Assembly (NCBI GenBank): GCA_032718475.1
Contig: JAUCBJ010000064.1
Location: 34,175 to 98,174 of the forward strand
DNA: 64,000 bases
Source: Nemertoderma westbladi
Lineage: Eukaryota > Animalia > Xenacoelomorpha
Direction of reading: 5' to 3'
Each line of letters begins with the position of its first letter. The stretch's first letter is position 1. Position numbers and translations under genes: made by a program. The notes below the pieces were generated by a model that saw nothing but the letters and a program-made list of their open reading frames with translations, was not told the origin of the DNA and made no database searches. This document shows positions 62,108-64,000 of the stretch, piece after piece.

Positions 62108-62119
62108 TATATCTGTTAT
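62108..62119 (-). other. BEL-2 primer-binding position, non-tRNA type, complementary to its own LTR
   Basis: Minus-strand ATAACAGATATA abuts the 5' LTR; the minus-strand LTR contains TATATCTGTTAT (47905-47916). Confidence 0.7.
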
Positions 62120-62598
62120 TGTTCGCGCTTTCAGACCTTTAGCAGTTTAACCTGCCAAATTGGGATGTCTTTTAGATGATAGATAGTCTTTAGCCTATGA
62201 CAAGTATTTGATACACTACATTAGCCGAAGCCAGTCTATGTGCGATCATTCACCCGCTGGATATACCCGGGAGACTGGATTCGGAAGCCTAACCGTATTG
62301 CGGGGTAGGCCTACTGTATTATTCGACTGATCGTAATATATAATCTCTGACAAATATTATTCACTTTCGGGAAATATTAACAGTTCCTTTAGGACGTGGC
62401 GCTCTAAATATGTAAACAGAGTTATGACTTAAACTAAAAACAACGGGATGGCTATAGATTCACGTATATGGCGCATTCTTTAGGAGATGCTTTGTTATCA
62501 GTCACAATCATACACAATACTGCACAATGCTGCACACCGATCTGCCGACCTTCACTAATTTTAGTCACATATAAAGAGAACAACAGACAATACATGTA
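62120..62598 (-). repeat. BEL-2 5' LTR, inner part only
   Basis: Matches 47187-47665, then breaks at TA. Confidence 0.92.
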
Positions 62599-64000
62599 CC
62601 CAGCAAAGTCATAGCATGATAAGTCGCTGATAAATTGCTACTAATTTCGCCGGCTAATACCCTGCTAATTTCGCCGGATAAAAGCCGGCTTTTTGGTTCC
62701 AATGTTCTTAAAGGTTTCGAAGGGTGGATTTCGAAGAGAAATATCCATCGTTTAGTAGACTATTAGCCTTCGATTAGTAGTTTACGAAGCATATTCGAAG
62801 GATAATTCGAAGACAAAAATGCTTCGTTTAGTAGACTATTCGCCTGCGATTAGAAGTTTATTTAGCATTTTTCGAAGGATGATTTCGAAGATAAAAATGC
62901 TTCGTTTAGTAGACTATTAGCCTTCAATTAGAAGTTTACGAAGCATTTTCGAAGGATAATTTCATACATTATTAGAAGCATTTTCGAAGCATAAAAAATA
63001 CTATTTTTCGAAGAAAAAAAATGTAACTGAAACAAGTCCAATCACTGGACCTGCCTGTGGATGCTTTGGTGAAAGAGGGAGGGGGTATTAGCCTATACCT
63101 ACTGTAGTAGCCTACCGTATCCTACCCTACACCCTACTTCCCTATCCTACAATACGTTATATACTTATTAATGGAAGCGGCTGAGTATATAGAGAAATAT
63201 ATAATCAATATATATTTGAGGGTATCTATGGAAACTTTAGGTGATAATCGAAAAATTTGAATTTGTTAGTTGAAATTTAAATAATTTCCCATATTGTCAG
63301 CCATATTAGATTATTCGTGTTGATGGATCTATGAAAATTAATTAAATTTAGATGCATTTAATTAATAATTATGCTTCTCTGATGACGAAAATATGCATTA
63401 TTTGCCTGATAATTTATCTTCGTTTTCGAAGACAATTATCAGCCATATATAAAGAATTGATAATATTTTACATAGTAATGGACCAAGCGGCTCGGCTGGT
63501 AAGGAAATGACCATATGCTGCGAATGCTCATCAGATTTACAAATCTGAAATTCCGGTTTCAAATTTCAGTTCCTAGTTACAGTACGAATTTAAATTCCCA
63601 GATACGAATTGTTCACAGTAGTAATAAGTCTTTCTTCTGGAAAGTGAATCTGAACCCTCAGTTACGTTCTAGGGCGGGCGTTCATAAAGTACTGTATGTC
63701 ACGCAAATTTTCCCGATTTTTGACCACCCCCCCCCCCCCTCCCCACCCCGCTCTGTTTCAAAATGTCACGCAAGCTCGAGCCCCACCTCTCTCCCCTCTG
63801 TCTCATTGGTAAATTTGTAATGCCCCCAAACAATACCCCGTCCCCCAAACAAGAAATATTTTATATCAATAATACACAATGTTTGTTATACCAAAATACA
63901 ATATAAATTCAAGCACTATCTACATTTCCCTTCCCCACTGACAAGACAAGTGGCCATCTATAGGTTTCTATGTCCTCCTCAATTTATCGATTATACTCAA
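62599..64000. mobile_element. Left end of a DNA transposon (CMC/EnSpm-like) inserted in the BEL-2 LTR; right end not in the window
   Basis: Starts CCCAGCAAA after TA; ~75-bp subterminal repeats (TTCGTTTAGTAGACTATT...TTCGAAGGA) at 62715-62990. Confidence 0.55.

Larger units (their letters stand above)
47187..62598 (-). mobile_element. BEL/Pao LTR retrotransposon (BEL-2), lacking protease, RT and RNase H, with an extra exonuclease ORF; 5' LTR interrupted
   Basis: LTR 47187-48351 repeated from 62120; Pao gag and integrase motifs; PPT GGGAGCGG at 48352-48359. Confidence 0.92.

Noticed and set aside
63378-63395. CTGATGACGAAA as a hammerhead core
   Set aside because: No helix II between the core halves and no flanking stems.

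Overview
AT-rich animal (invertebrate-like) genomic DNA that is almost entirely nested transposable elements, laid over fragments of a GLIS1/3-type (lame duck-like) C2H2 zinc-finger gene present as three partial minus-strand copies. The two largest objects are divergent BEL/Pao LTR retrotransposons (11690-26205 and 47187->62598, both minus strand). They share two unusual traits. (1) At the position where env would sit, each encodes a homologous protein with a WRN/EXD/Mut-7-like DEDDy 3'-5' exonuclease domain plus three CCHC zinc knuckles. (2) Neither has a TGG-type tRNA primer-binding site; the bases abutting the 5' LTR are instead exactly complementary to a segment inside the element's own LTR (9 nt and 12 nt), and the duplex ends flush with the LTR edge. 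I infer a candidate tRNA-independent, self-priming BEL lineage in which an element-encoded exonuclease may mature the primer. Also present: several CR1/L2-group LINEs (one intact with a 2A-like peptide, one with a 30-bp minisatellite fused in frame), a Helitron/HINE with its empty site in the window, a piggyBac-type MITE, a Penelope-like palindrome with hammerhead cores, a Gypsy integrase fragment split by a solo LTR, a 1-kb foldback MITE and a small structured insert that could splice out as an intron. Everything was read by eye; no database search was run, so family assignments and novelty claims need checking.
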